From assembly GCA_964561095.1 (NCBI GenBank), contig CAZLNV010000001.1, positions 1 through 51,702 of the forward strand: a stretch of 51,702 nucleotides of DNA. The letters are read 5' to 3'. The position numbers and the translations under genes are program-made. Positions 25,135-36,012 of the stretch are shown piece after piece; position 1 is the stretch's first letter; each line of letters opens with the position of its first letter. Origin of the DNA: an uncultured Muribaculaceae bacterium. GTDB taxonomy: Bacteria > Bacillota_I > Bacilli_A > RF39 > UBA660. Below the pieces are notes generated by a model. That model was not told the DNA's origin, did no database searches, and saw only the letters and a list, made by a program, of their open reading frames with translations.

Positions 25135-27648
25135 ATGAAAAGATTATTTGAAAAGATTAAAAATAATAAAAGTTTTATATTACCATGGATAGTATTAGGA
25201 ATCTCAATAATTATATTTGCGTCTGGCTTAACATACGCATATTTTGATTATGTGATTAATTCAGAAGACGAATCTTCTCTTAGAACAGTAGCAACCGATC
25301 TTGTTATTACAATTGGTGGAACAACGGTGGATGTTAATAATTTATATCCAATATATGATGATTATAAGGATACCGAAGCTTATTCATTTCCATTTACTGT
25401 CGCAAATGAAAGTAGAAAAATGTCTGCTTGCTATTCCGTGAAATTAAATATTGAAAGTATATCAGAGTCACTTAGAACAGCAGATTTTAAGTGGGAACTA
25501 ATAAACAATACTACCGGAAGTACTACAAATGGCAATTTTTTGAATGAAGATGACAATGAGATAATATTTAGTTCAAATCAGACAATAGTAAAAGATACTA
25601 GTGTTAGTTATACATTAAAAGTTTGGCTATCAAATTCTACAACAGTTAATCAAAGCAACACTAAAAACGCTAGTATGTCTTCAAAAATAGTAGTTAAATC
25701 AGTAGGTAATGCTTGCTTCAGTGAAGTAGTAACAAACTATTCATATACCGGTTCTTATCAAACATTCACAGCACCATCTTCAGGCATGTATCAAATAGAA
25801 GCATGGGGAGCAAGTGGTGGAGATGAAAGTAGCGTATATACTGGAGGTTTGGGTGGATTTACATTTGGAAAAATATATTTAAATCAAGGCGAAACAATAT
25901 ATATATATGTTGGTGGCAGTGCAGCATCTGGTGGTTATAATGGTGGAAGCAGTAACACAACATATACTGGTGGTGGTGGAGCAAGTGATGTAAGATATTT
26001 TGGAAGCACTACTCCAAATGCTTCAACTTTACTTTGGAACAATTCAACTGGATTAAATTCAAGAATAATGGTAGCTGCAGGCGGAGGAGGAGCTTCAGGA
26101 TTAAGTGCTGGTACTGATGGAGGATTGCTTTTTGGCTCTAGTGGAGTTGTTTTCGCCAGTAGTGCCTACACATTATCAACTGGCGGAACCCAGATTTCGG
26201 GAGGAACGGGTGCTACGACTGCCAATTATACAGGTGGAGCTGGCACATTTGGCATTGGAGGAATATTATCTGGCAATAATGCAGGCGGTGGCGCAGGCTA
26301 TTATGGTGGCGGAGGCGGAATATCAGCAGACCAAGACGAACAAGTAACAATTTCTGGCGCGAGTGGCTCATCATATATAAGCGGATACGCAGGAGTTAAT
26401 TCTATAAAGGAAGGCGACATCAGAAATCCAAGGGTACATTTAAATACAACTAACCATTATAGTGGTAAATACTTCTTAGATGGTAAGATGGAGTCTGGAG
26501 CAAATAGTGGCAATGGAAGAGTAAAAATAACTTCATTGGGTAAAAAATTTCTTGATAGGATTAACACTTCACTAAATAGTGTAAGATATATAAAAGATTG
26601 TTTAAACGGAAGTACTTTAAATGCATATTATCGTTGGGTGGAATTGCAAGCAATATATAATGGTGAAAATATAGCTAAAGGTAAAATTGCAACCGGAATA
26701 GCTAATAATTCAACATATCCATTATCTAGAATAACAGATGGTGATATAACGAGCACGAATTATGCTGGGGTATTAATTGGCAATGCATGTATAACAATTG
26801 ACTTGGGTAGCGAATATAATTTAGATGAAATAGCTGTATGGCATTATTGGGCAGATAGTAGAACATATTATAATAACGTAACGAGTGTATCAAGCGATGG
26901 TAGTACATGGACAACAGTCATGAATGAAACAATACCAGAAAGTGGCGAAGGCAAGAGAGTAAACGCGTATGAAGATCCATTAAATGGTTATATACAAAAT
27001 GGATTAGCAGTTTGGTATGATGGAATAAACAATACTAGCACTACACATTCAACAAATACAGCAACTTGGAGAGATTTAAGTGGCAGCAATTACAATGGGA
27101 CAGTAAATGGCGCAAGTTGGGGAAACAATTATTTATCATTTGACGGATTAAATGATTGGGTTTCCATAAGAGAACTTAATTATGCAAATCCGACGGTAGA
27201 AGTAGTTTATGAAATTAGTGGTAACGGAGCAGCTTCAACACAATACTTGGTATCCAATCATGAAACGGGTGGTTACGGATTATATACCAATCAAACTGGT
27301 ACTATTCTTTATACTCTTACTTACATATCTGAAAATTCAGCTTATTCTAATATAACAACTTCGGTTGTAAAAAATATAAAGTATTCAATATCGACAACTT
27401 ATGATGGCTCTTATTTAAAATTGTATAAAGCAGGAAGTATGTGGGACTTTAAAAACGTGGTGGGTAGCATTGTAAATCCTACAAGTAGTACAATAGTGGC
27501 GCTGGGTACTAATCCATCAGGAAGCGTGGCTGCCGGCTCTTATTTAAAGGGCAAAATATATTCGGTTAGAATATACAACCGTGCATTAACTTCACATGAA
27601 GTTGAGCACAATTACAAAATAGACAAAGTAAGATTTGGATTAGATTAG
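25135..27648 (+). CDS. Large secreted multidomain protein with a SipW-type signal peptide, a TasA/camelysin-like module, a glycine-rich domain, an F5/8 type C (discoidin) domain and a LamG/ConA-like lectin domain
   Basis: Signal-anchor ending in GLTYAYFDY (SipW-cognate TxAxF type). Gly-rich signature YSYTGSYQTFTAPSSGMYQIEAWGASGG...VGGSAASGG...AAGGGGASG. Discoidin pattern ITDGDITS...IDLGSEYNLDEIAVWHYW...SSDGSTWTTV. LamG-type tail KGKIYSVRIYNRALTSHEVEHNY. The GTG at 25123 is an alternative start. Confidence 0.75.
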   Translation: MKRLFEKIKNNKSFILPWIVLGISIIIFASGLTYAYFDYVINSEDESSLRTVATDLVITIGGTTVDVNNLYPIYDDYKDTEAYSFPFTVANESRKMSACYSVKLNIESISESLRTADFKWELINNTTGSTTNGNFLNEDDNEIIFSSNQTIVKDTSVSYTLKVWLSNSTTVNQSNTKNASMSSKIVVKSVGNACFSEVVTNYSYTGSYQTFTAPSSGMYQIEAWGASGGDESSVYTGGLGGFTFGKIYLNQGETIYIYVGGSAASGGYNGGSSNTTYTGGGGASDVRYFGSTTPNASTLLWNNSTGLNSRIMVAAGGGGASGLSAGTDGGLLFGSSGVVFASSAYTLSTGGTQISGGTGATTANYTGGAGTFGIGGILSGNNAGGGAGYYGGGGGISADQDEQVTISGASGSSYISGYAGVNSIKEGDIRNPRVHLNTTNHYSGKYFLDGKMESGANSGNGRVKITSLGKKFLDRINTSLNSVRYIKDCLNGSTLNAYYRWVELQAIYNGENIAKGKIATGIANNSTYPLSRITDGDITSTNYAGVLIGNACITIDLGSEYNLDEIAVWHYWADSRTYYNNVTSVSSDGSTWTTVMNETIPESGEGKRVNAYEDPLNGYIQNGLAVWYDGINNTSTTHSTNTATWRDLSGSNYNGTVNGASWGNNYLSFDGLNDWVSIRELNYANPTVEVVYEISGNGAASTQYLVSNHETGGYGLYTNQTGTILYTLTYISENSAYSNITTSVVKNIKYSISTTYDGSYLKLYKAGSMWDFKNVVGSIVNPTSSTIVALGTNPSGSVAAGSYLKGKIYSVRIYNRALTSHEVEHNYKIDKVRFGLD

Positions 27649-27673
27649 AAATCATAATTTTGATTTCTTTTTT
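27648..27673 (+). terminator. Rho-independent terminator of the 25135 gene
   Basis: gaaatca-taattt-tgatttc followed by a T6 run. Confidence 0.65.
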
Positions 27674-27680
27674 AATTAAT

Positions 27681-27703
27681 AAAAAAAGACTTTATAAAAG
27701 TCT
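27681..27703 (-). terminator. Terminator of the GT2 gene
   Basis: On the minus strand, agacttt-tat-aaagtct followed by a T7 run, overlapping the stop codon. Confidence 0.55.
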
Positions 27704-28628
27704 ATAATATTTCATCATCAAAACCTATTTTTTCTTTTTCTATATATAAAGGTCTGTTTTTGGTTTCTATATATGTTTTTGATATATATTCACCTAATAT
27801 TCCAATGCAGAGAAGTTGAATGCCTCCAATAAATAATATTAAGCATATTGTTGAAGCATATCCGGGTATGTCCTTACCGATTATTAAAGTTTTAATAATT
27901 ATGACTAGTAAGTATATAAAGGCGGCTACACTAGTTAATATTCCTGAATATGTTGCTATCTTGAGTGGTGAAGTAGAAAAACCTACAAATCCATCTAATG
28001 CATAATTTATTAAATTAGGTAAATTCCATTTTGATCTTCCTTTTTTTCTCTTTTTTACTTTATAAGGCAAATATTTTGTATTAAAACCAACCCATGAAAA
28101 TATGCCTTTTGAAAATCTATTTTTTTCACTTAATAATAAAATACTTTTAACTACATATTTTTTAAACATTCTAAAATCAGATGCCCCATCAACAAAAGTT
28201 GTTTTAGATACTTTGTTAATAAGTTTATAAAATCTTTTTTGAAAAAATCTATTTTTTCTTTGTGTTTGAATCATGCATACTGAATCAATATTTTTATTTT
28301 TTTCAAGTTCATCCAGCATTGTTAATAAATACTTTGGGTCTTGCTGAAGATCAGCATCTATAATAGTCGTATATTCTGAATTGGAATTTTTTAATCCTGC
28401 ATATATTGCTGATTCTTTACCAAAATTTCTCGAAAATGATAATATTTTTATTTTGTCATTATCTTTTTCATATAAAAATTTTAATATATCTAATGATTTG
28501 TCAGTCGAACCATCATCTATAAATAGTAACTTATAATCAATGTCTTTCAATGAATTTGTTAGTTCATTATATAAATCTTTTAAATTTTCCTCTTCATTAT
28601 AAATGGGTATTATTACATTTAACTTCAT
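27702..28628 (-). CDS. Family-2 glycosyltransferase, polyprenyl-phosphate sugar transferase type (GtrB/CsbB/ArnC-like)
   Basis: VIIPIYNEEENL, FIDDGSTDKS and DADLQ motifs, plus two C-terminal TM helices, as in GtrB-like enzymes. Confidence 0.85.
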   Translation of the reverse strand: MKLNVIIPIYNEEENLKDLYNELTNSLKDIDYKLLFIDDGSTDKSLDILKFLYEKDNDKIKILSFSRNFGKESAIYAGLKNSNSEYTTIIDADLQQDPKYLLTMLDELEKNKNIDSVCMIQTQRKNRFFQKRFYKLINKVSKTTFVDGASDFRMFKKYVVKSILLLSEKNRFSKGIFSWVGFNTKYLPYKVKKRKKGRSKWNLPNLINYALDGFVGFSTSPLKIATYSGILTSVAAFIYLLVIIIKTLIIGKDIPGYASTICLILFIGGIQLLCIGILGEYISKTYIETKNRPLYIEKEKIGFDDEIL

Positions 28629-28718
28629 ATTTTTACCTCTATTAATATTTTATCATTTTTTAACTATTAAAAAAAGAATAATTCTAAAAACACTTTTAAG
28701 TGAGTAAAATTTTATGAG

Positions 28719-31298
28719 GTGGATACTATCGAACCAGGGTTAAACAATAAGGAAGTTATTGAATCTAGAAAAATGTATGGGAGTAATACTTTAACTAATA
28801 AAAAGAAAAACACCTTTTTAAGTCTTTTAATTGAATCTTTAAATGATCCGATTATAAAGATATTATTAATTGCTCTTGCTATAAAAATAGTATTCTTATT
28901 TAAAGAAACTAATATATATGAAACTATTGGAATAGTTGTCGCTATATTTTTAGCTTCTTTTATATCAACTATATCAGAATATGGAAGTGAAAAAGCATTT
29001 GAGAGACTTCAAAGTGAAGCTTCAATTATCAAATGCAGGGTTAGAAGAAATAGTAAAAAAGAAGAAATAAATATAAGTGATATAGTAGTGGGTGATTTAA
29101 TTTATTTAAATTCTGGAGATAAAATACCGGCTGATGGGATACTTATAAGTGGAAATCTAAGCGTGGATGAGTCATCTCTTACAGGTGAGGCAAAAGAAAA
29201 AAATAAAAATATAGAAGATATATTATATATGGGATCGATAGTATTAAATGACAATGGAATGATGAAGGTAACTTCTGTAGGTGATAAAACATATTATGGT
29301 GGGATTGCTTCGGAACTACAAGAATTTTCACCAGAAAGTCCATTAAAATTAAGATTAAGAGGTCTTGCTAAAATAATAAGTAAAATTGGTTATATAAGTG
29401 CATTTTTGGTTTTTGCTTCTTACTTAATAAATGTAATTATAATAAAAAATAATTTCGATTTAGTAAGCATTAGTAATTTATTGAGTAATGCGGGTGAAGT
29501 GATGCCCCATATTTTTTATGCTTTAACACTAGCTGTTACTATTATAGTAGTCGCAGTGCCAGAAGGACTTCCGATGATGATAACTTTGGTACTATCATCT
29601 AATATGAAACGAATGTTAAAAAATAATGTTCTAGTTAGAAAACTTGTGGGAATAGAAACAGCTGGTAGTTTAAATATTTTATTTACTGATAAAACAGGTA
29701 CTTTAACGGAAGGAAAATTGAAAGCAGTTGGGTTTAGAACATATGATGGAAATTATTATGATAAAATTAAAAATATTAATAGTTTTAAATTAAAAGAATT
29801 AGTATCACTTTCTCTTTTATATAATAATGAAAGTGAATATGTTGATGGTTCAATTATTGGAGGTAATTCCACAGATAAAGCTGTTTTGGAATATCTTGAT
29901 AATTATGAAAAAAAATATAATATAATTGATAAAAAAAATTTTGATAGTAAGGTAAAATATTCTAGTGTTACAATCGACTATAATAAAGAAACAACTTTTT
30001 TTAAAGGAGCATATGAGATACTTTTAAAAAAGTGCAATTATTATCTTGACGCTGATGGAAATAAAAAGCTGCTAAAAAATATTGAAGCTTTAATTGAGTC
30101 TATAAACTCAGAAGCAAAAAAGGGTGTTAGAATACTTTCGATTTGTACAAGCGAAACAAATAATATAAATTCATTAACATTAATTGGATTTGTATATTTA
30201 AAAGATAAAGTTAGAAAAGAAGCAATAAAAGGAATTGAATTAGTAAATTCAGCTGGTATAAAAACAGTTATGATTACAGGAGATTCAAAAGAAATCGCTA
30301 TTAGCGTTGCAAATGAACTTAATATGCTAGATGATACAAGCGTTGTACTTACAAGCAAAGAATTAAATAATTTATCAGATGAAAATTTAAAAAGTATATT
30401 GCCTAATTTGAAAATAGTTGCCAGGAGTCTTCCTCAAGATAAAAGCAGGTTGGTAACAATAAGCCAAGAATTAGGGCTGATAACAGGTATGACAGGAGAC
30501 GGAGTAAATGATGCGCCAGCTTTAAAAAAATCGGATGTAGGCTTTGCTATGGGAAGTGGGACAGAAGTTGCAAAAGAAGTATCAGATATAATAATTCTTG
30601 ATGATAATTTTTTATCTATTTCATCAGCCATTTTATTTGGTAGAACGGTTTTTAAAAGTATAAGAAAATTTATAATATTTCAATTAACAATAAATTTTTG
30701 CGCAGTATTTTTAAGTATAATTGGACCATATATTGGAGTACTTGCACCGATTACGGTAGTTCAAATGCTTTGGGTAAATATGGTTATGGATACTTTAGCT
30801 GCTTTAGCTTTTTCTTTCGAAGCTCCATTAGTTGAATATATGAAAGAACTTCCAAAGAAAAAAAATGAACCTATTATGAATAAATATATGATAAATCAAA
30901 TTCTATGGGATGGTGTGTATTGTTCAATTCTTTGTATTTTATTTTTAAAATTAAAATTTATAAATAATTTATTTAGAATAGGGAGTAATGATAAATACTT
31001 AATGACTGCTTTTTTTGGATTATTTATATTTTTAGCAATATTTAATTTATTTAATGCTAGGACTCACAGGATTAACATATTTGCTAATATTATAAGAAAT
31101 AAGATGTTTTTAATAATAATAGGTGTAATTGCAACTGTTCAAATAGTGCTTATATATTTTGGGGGAGAAATATTTAGGACTACGGGCCTTACATTTTTAG
31201 AATTTCAAATAATGATATTTTTAGCTTTTACAGTAATTCCAATGGATATGTTTAGAAAAATAATGCTCAAAACAAAGAAAAATAAAGCAGGAGTGTAA
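28719..31298 (+). CDS. P-type Ca2+-transporting ATPase (P2A/P2B-like)
   Basis: DKTGTLT phosphorylation site, PEGLP, TGDGVNDAPALK, and 10-TM topology. GTG start with a short N-terminus. Confidence 0.9.
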   Translation: MDTIEPGLNNKEVIESRKMYGSNTLTNKKKNTFLSLLIESLNDPIIKILLIALAIKIVFLFKETNIYETIGIVVAIFLASFISTISEYGSEKAFERLQSEASIIKCRVRRNSKKEEINISDIVVGDLIYLNSGDKIPADGILISGNLSVDESSLTGEAKEKNKNIEDILYMGSIVLNDNGMMKVTSVGDKTYYGGIASELQEFSPESPLKLRLRGLAKIISKIGYISAFLVFASYLINVIIIKNNFDLVSISNLLSNAGEVMPHIFYALTLAVTIIVVAVPEGLPMMITLVLSSNMKRMLKNNVLVRKLVGIETAGSLNILFTDKTGTLTEGKLKAVGFRTYDGNYYDKIKNINSFKLKELVSLSLLYNNESEYVDGSIIGGNSTDKAVLEYLDNYEKKYNIIDKKNFDSKVKYSSVTIDYNKETTFFKGAYEILLKKCNYYLDADGNKKLLKNIEALIESINSEAKKGVRILSICTSETNNINSLTLIGFVYLKDKVRKEAIKGIELVNSAGIKTVMITGDSKEIAISVANELNMLDDTSVVLTSKELNNLSDENLKSILPNLKIVARSLPQDKSRLVTISQELGLITGMTGDGVNDAPALKKSDVGFAMGSGTEVAKEVSDIIILDDNFLSISSAILFGRTVFKSIRKFIIFQLTINFCAVFLSIIGPYIGVLAPITVVQMLWVNMVMDTLAALAFSFEAPLVEYMKELPKKKNEPIMNKYMINQILWDGVYCSILCILFLKLKFINNLFRIGSNDKYLMTAFFGLFIFLAIFNLFNARTHRINIFANIIRNKMFLIIIGVIATVQIVLIYFGGEIFRTTGLTFLEFQIMIFLAFTVIPMDMFRKIMLKTKKNKAGV

Positions 31299-31299
31299 T

Positions 31300-31331
31300 A
31301 TAAGTTATTTTGATACATCAAAATAACTTAT
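31300..31331. repeat. Perfect palindrome (15-bp arms) directly after the ATPase stop, copy 1 of a duplicated motif
   Basis: ataagttattttgat-ac-atcaaaataacttat. Confidence 0.8.
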
Positions 31332-31343
31332 AAAAATATAATT

Positions 31344-31365
31344 TTATTTTGATGTATCAAAATAA
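31344..31365. repeat. Second copy of the same palindrome core (10-bp arms)
   Basis: ttattttgat-gt-atcaaaataa. The flank ...atcaaaataactt is identical to copy 1. It lies 47 nt upstream of the AAA ATPase start. Confidence 0.75.
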
Positions 31366-31411
31366 CTTTACAAGCAATAAAAACTATGTTACCATATTAA
31401 TGGAGGCAATT

Positions 31412-32614
31412 ATGTTAAAAAGAGAGCAATATTTGGAAAAGATAAGACCTTTCTACGATGAAAATAGTTTAATAAAAATTTTATATGGATTAAGGAGGAG
31501 CGGTAAATCAGTTATATTAACGCAAATTGTTAATGAACTAAAAGAAAATGGTACTAATGATTCTCATATTATATATATAAATTTTGAATCCATCAAATAT
31601 GAATTTATAAAAAATGCTAAAGATCTAAGCGACTATATCGAAGGCTTTGTAAAAGATAAAAAAACTTACTATGTATTTTTAGATGAAATACAAAAAGTAG
31701 AAAATTTTGAAAAAGGAGTGAATTCTCTTAGAATAGCTAATCAATTTAGTATCTTTATTACTGGTTCAAATAGTAGAATGACATTTATGGAATTATCTAC
31801 AGATTTGTCTGGAAGATATGTTAGTTTTAAAATAAATCCTTTGTCGTTCAAAGAAGCAGTAGAGTTAACTAAAACGAAAAAAGAAAATTATATGATTCTT
31901 TTGAAAGATATTTTTGAGTGGGGAAGTTTACCCCAAAGATTTTCATTTGATGATGAAAGCACAAAAAACAATTATATATCTGATATTTATGATTCAATAA
32001 TATTAAAAGATGTAGTTGATAGAATTGGTACAAAAAATATAACTTCGTTTAATAAAGTTTTTCAATATATATTAGAAACTGAAGGAAAAGAATTTTCTGC
32101 TAAGAGTATAACAAACTATTTAAAAAGTGAAAAGAGTGAAATATCTAGTCAAACTTTATATACATATTTAGAAGCTTTATGTTCCGTATTTATCATTAAT
32201 AAAGTATATAGATATGATATAAAAGGGAAAGAGTTATTAAAAACACTAAACAAATTTTATTCATCAGATTTAGGAATCAAGAAAATAAAAAATAGCAATA
32301 AAGAAATTAATGAATCTATTTCATTAGAAAGTATGGTATATAATGAACTTAGAATAAAAGATTATGAGGTATTTATCGGAAAAACTTCAAAAGGTGAAAT
32401 AGATTTTATTGTTAAAAAACATTCTAATTTAAAATACATTCAAGTTTCTACATATTTATCTACTGATGAAACTATTAATAGAGAATTTGGAGCATTTGAT
32501 GAAATTAAAGATAATTATGAAAAATATGTTATATCTTTAGATAAAGAAAATTTTTCAAGAAATGGAATTAAGCATATAAATGCATTTGATTTTTTTATGA
32601 ACGATGAATTTTAA
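31412..32614 (+). CDS. AAA-family ATPase with a C-terminal DUF4143-like / PD-(D/E)xK-like domain
   Basis: Walker A GLRRSGKS, Walker B YVFLDEIQ, and a C-terminal GEIDFIVKK nuclease-like motif. The start is moved to the ATG behind a GGAGG RBS. Confidence 0.75.
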   Translation: MLKREQYLEKIRPFYDENSLIKILYGLRRSGKSVILTQIVNELKENGTNDSHIIYINFESIKYEFIKNAKDLSDYIEGFVKDKKTYYVFLDEIQKVENFEKGVNSLRIANQFSIFITGSNSRMTFMELSTDLSGRYVSFKINPLSFKEAVELTKTKKENYMILLKDIFEWGSLPQRFSFDDESTKNNYISDIYDSIILKDVVDRIGTKNITSFNKVFQYILETEGKEFSAKSITNYLKSEKSEISSQTLYTYLEALCSVFIINKVYRYDIKGKELLKTLNKFYSSDLGIKKIKNSNKEINESISLESMVYNELRIKDYEVFIGKTSKGEIDFIVKKHSNLKYIQVSTYLSTDETINREFGAFDEIKDNYEKYVISLDKENFSRNGIKHINAFDFFMNDEF

Positions 32615-32684
32615 AATTATTCTAATAATGAATAATTTCTTTATAAAATAATATACTCGGTTCATACTAATAATGGGTGAATTT

Positions 32685-33464
32685 ATGAATATTTTAATAA
32701 CCGGGGGAACAAGTGGAATAGCGTTAAAAGTAGCAAAAAGAGTTAGCGATAATAATAAAGTTTATTTAGGCATTCACACTATTAAACAATTAAATAATAT
32801 AAAGTTAAAATTAAAAGAATATAAAAATATAATTCCAATAAAGTTAGATGTTACAAGTGACTACGATATTAAAAAATTAAAAAGATATAATATAAATGTT
32901 TTATACCTTCATGCTGGTGTTGGCATTGGTGGAAGTGTGTTAGACGTACCGATCAATAAGATTAAAGAAAATTATGATGTTAATATTTTTGGAAGTATAA
33001 ATGTGCTAAAAGTTATTTATAAATATATGTATGAGATAGGTAGTGGAAGAATTGTTATAATGTCTTCTCTTTTAGGAATTATTCCATTTAAATTTCTAGG
33101 AATATACTCATCAACCAAATCAGCACTTATATCTCTTTCAATTGCATTAAAAAAAGAGTTAACAATGATTAATAAGAATATTAAGATTTGTTTAATAGAA
33201 CCGGGAGCTTACAAAACTGGGTTTAATGAAGTAATGTTGGAAAACAAATATGATTATATTAAAAAAAGTGTTTATTTTAAACACAGAAAAAGTAGTATCA
33301 GGAAAAAAGAATCTAGGTTATTTAAATTAATTGAAAAGAAAAATTTAAACTCTATAGTGGAAAAAATAGAAGACGCTATCACCTCAAAAAATCCAAGATT
33401 CATTTATAGAGCACCTTTTTTACAGTCTCTTTTAGTCAAATTTATATATTTTTTATTTTATTAA
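32685..33464 (+). CDS. Short-chain dehydrogenase/reductase (SDR) family oxidoreductase
   Basis: TGGTSGIA cofactor motif and catalytic YSSTK. Confidence 0.85.
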   Translation: MNILITGGTSGIALKVAKRVSDNNKVYLGIHTIKQLNNIKLKLKEYKNIIPIKLDVTSDYDIKKLKRYNINVLYLHAGVGIGGSVLDVPINKIKENYDVNIFGSINVLKVIYKYMYEIGSGRIVIMSSLLGIIPFKFLGIYSSTKSALISLSIALKKELTMINKNIKICLIEPGAYKTGFNEVMLENKYDYIKKSVYFKHRKSSIRKKESRLFKLIEKKNLNSIVEKIEDAITSKNPRFIYRAPFLQSLLVKFIYFLFY

Positions 33465-33878
33465 TCTTCTCGTATAAGCCTCTTTTATCAATGGCTTATT
33501 GTTTCCGTTGAAATCTGAGCAATGTTCTTTTTCAAAGATAATCAATCCAGAATCAATTCTTGTTAATTGTCTTGATGTTGGCAAATACCTTTGGTCGTTT
33601 ACTTCTATTAAAATTTTTGTTAAGTATTTAAACAAATCTTTATCTATTTTTTCTATAATGTGCAAATAATCATGTGATGTTGCTCTCCAAAGTATTGAGC
33701 CATTATTAACGCTAACATTACCACCCTTACACCTAGCAATTTTAGTGTGATGATAGCTTAAACCATCAGATAAATTATTGGTATCTCTATAAAATCCCAT
33801 AAAATCAGTATCGTTCACGCCCCAGCGCTCTATCATATAAGCAACAATTTCTTTTTTTGTACGTTGATCTTTTGGCAT
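33453..33878 (-). CDS. Small HNH-like nuclease-family protein
   Basis: LSYHHTKIARCKGGNVSVNNGSILWRATSHDYLH fits a His-His...Asn...His HNH spacing. Its 3' end overlaps the SDR gene convergently by 12 nt. Confidence 0.45.
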   Translation of the reverse strand: MPKDQRTKKEIVAYMIERWGVNDTDFMGFYRDTNNLSDGLSYHHTKIARCKGGNVSVNNGSILWRATSHDYLHIIEKIDKDLFKYLTKILIEVNDQRYLPTSRQLTRIDSGLIIFEKEHCSDFNGNNKPLIKEAYTRRLIK

Positions 33879-33977
33879 AAGCACCTCTTATAAAAATAAT
33901 ATAACATTATTTAAAATTAAAAGAAAGTATCTTTATAAAAAAAGTTAAACATTGTATAATAATACATATAAAGGTGA

Positions 33978-35951
<1,974 letters not shown>

Positions 35952-36012
35952 AATATTAAGTTTTATGGAAAAAGCAGATATTTTATAGTATAATTGAATA
36001 ACTGGAGGCAGT

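Noticed and set aside
26105-26914. ORFs nested in the 25135 gene (26105-26347 on the plus strand, 26726-26914 on the minus strand).
   Set aside because: These are alternative-frame artefacts of the GC-richer Gly-codon tract. They have no start context and lie entirely inside a well-supported long ORF.
28698-28721. A possible 5' truncation of the Ca2+-ATPase gene, given its GTG start, poor RBS spacing and short N-terminus.
   Set aside because: An in-frame TGA at 28701 limits the frame. The conserved GLNNKEVIESRKMYGSNTL segment and all catalytic motifs are present. This is probably just an atypical start, not a pseudogene.
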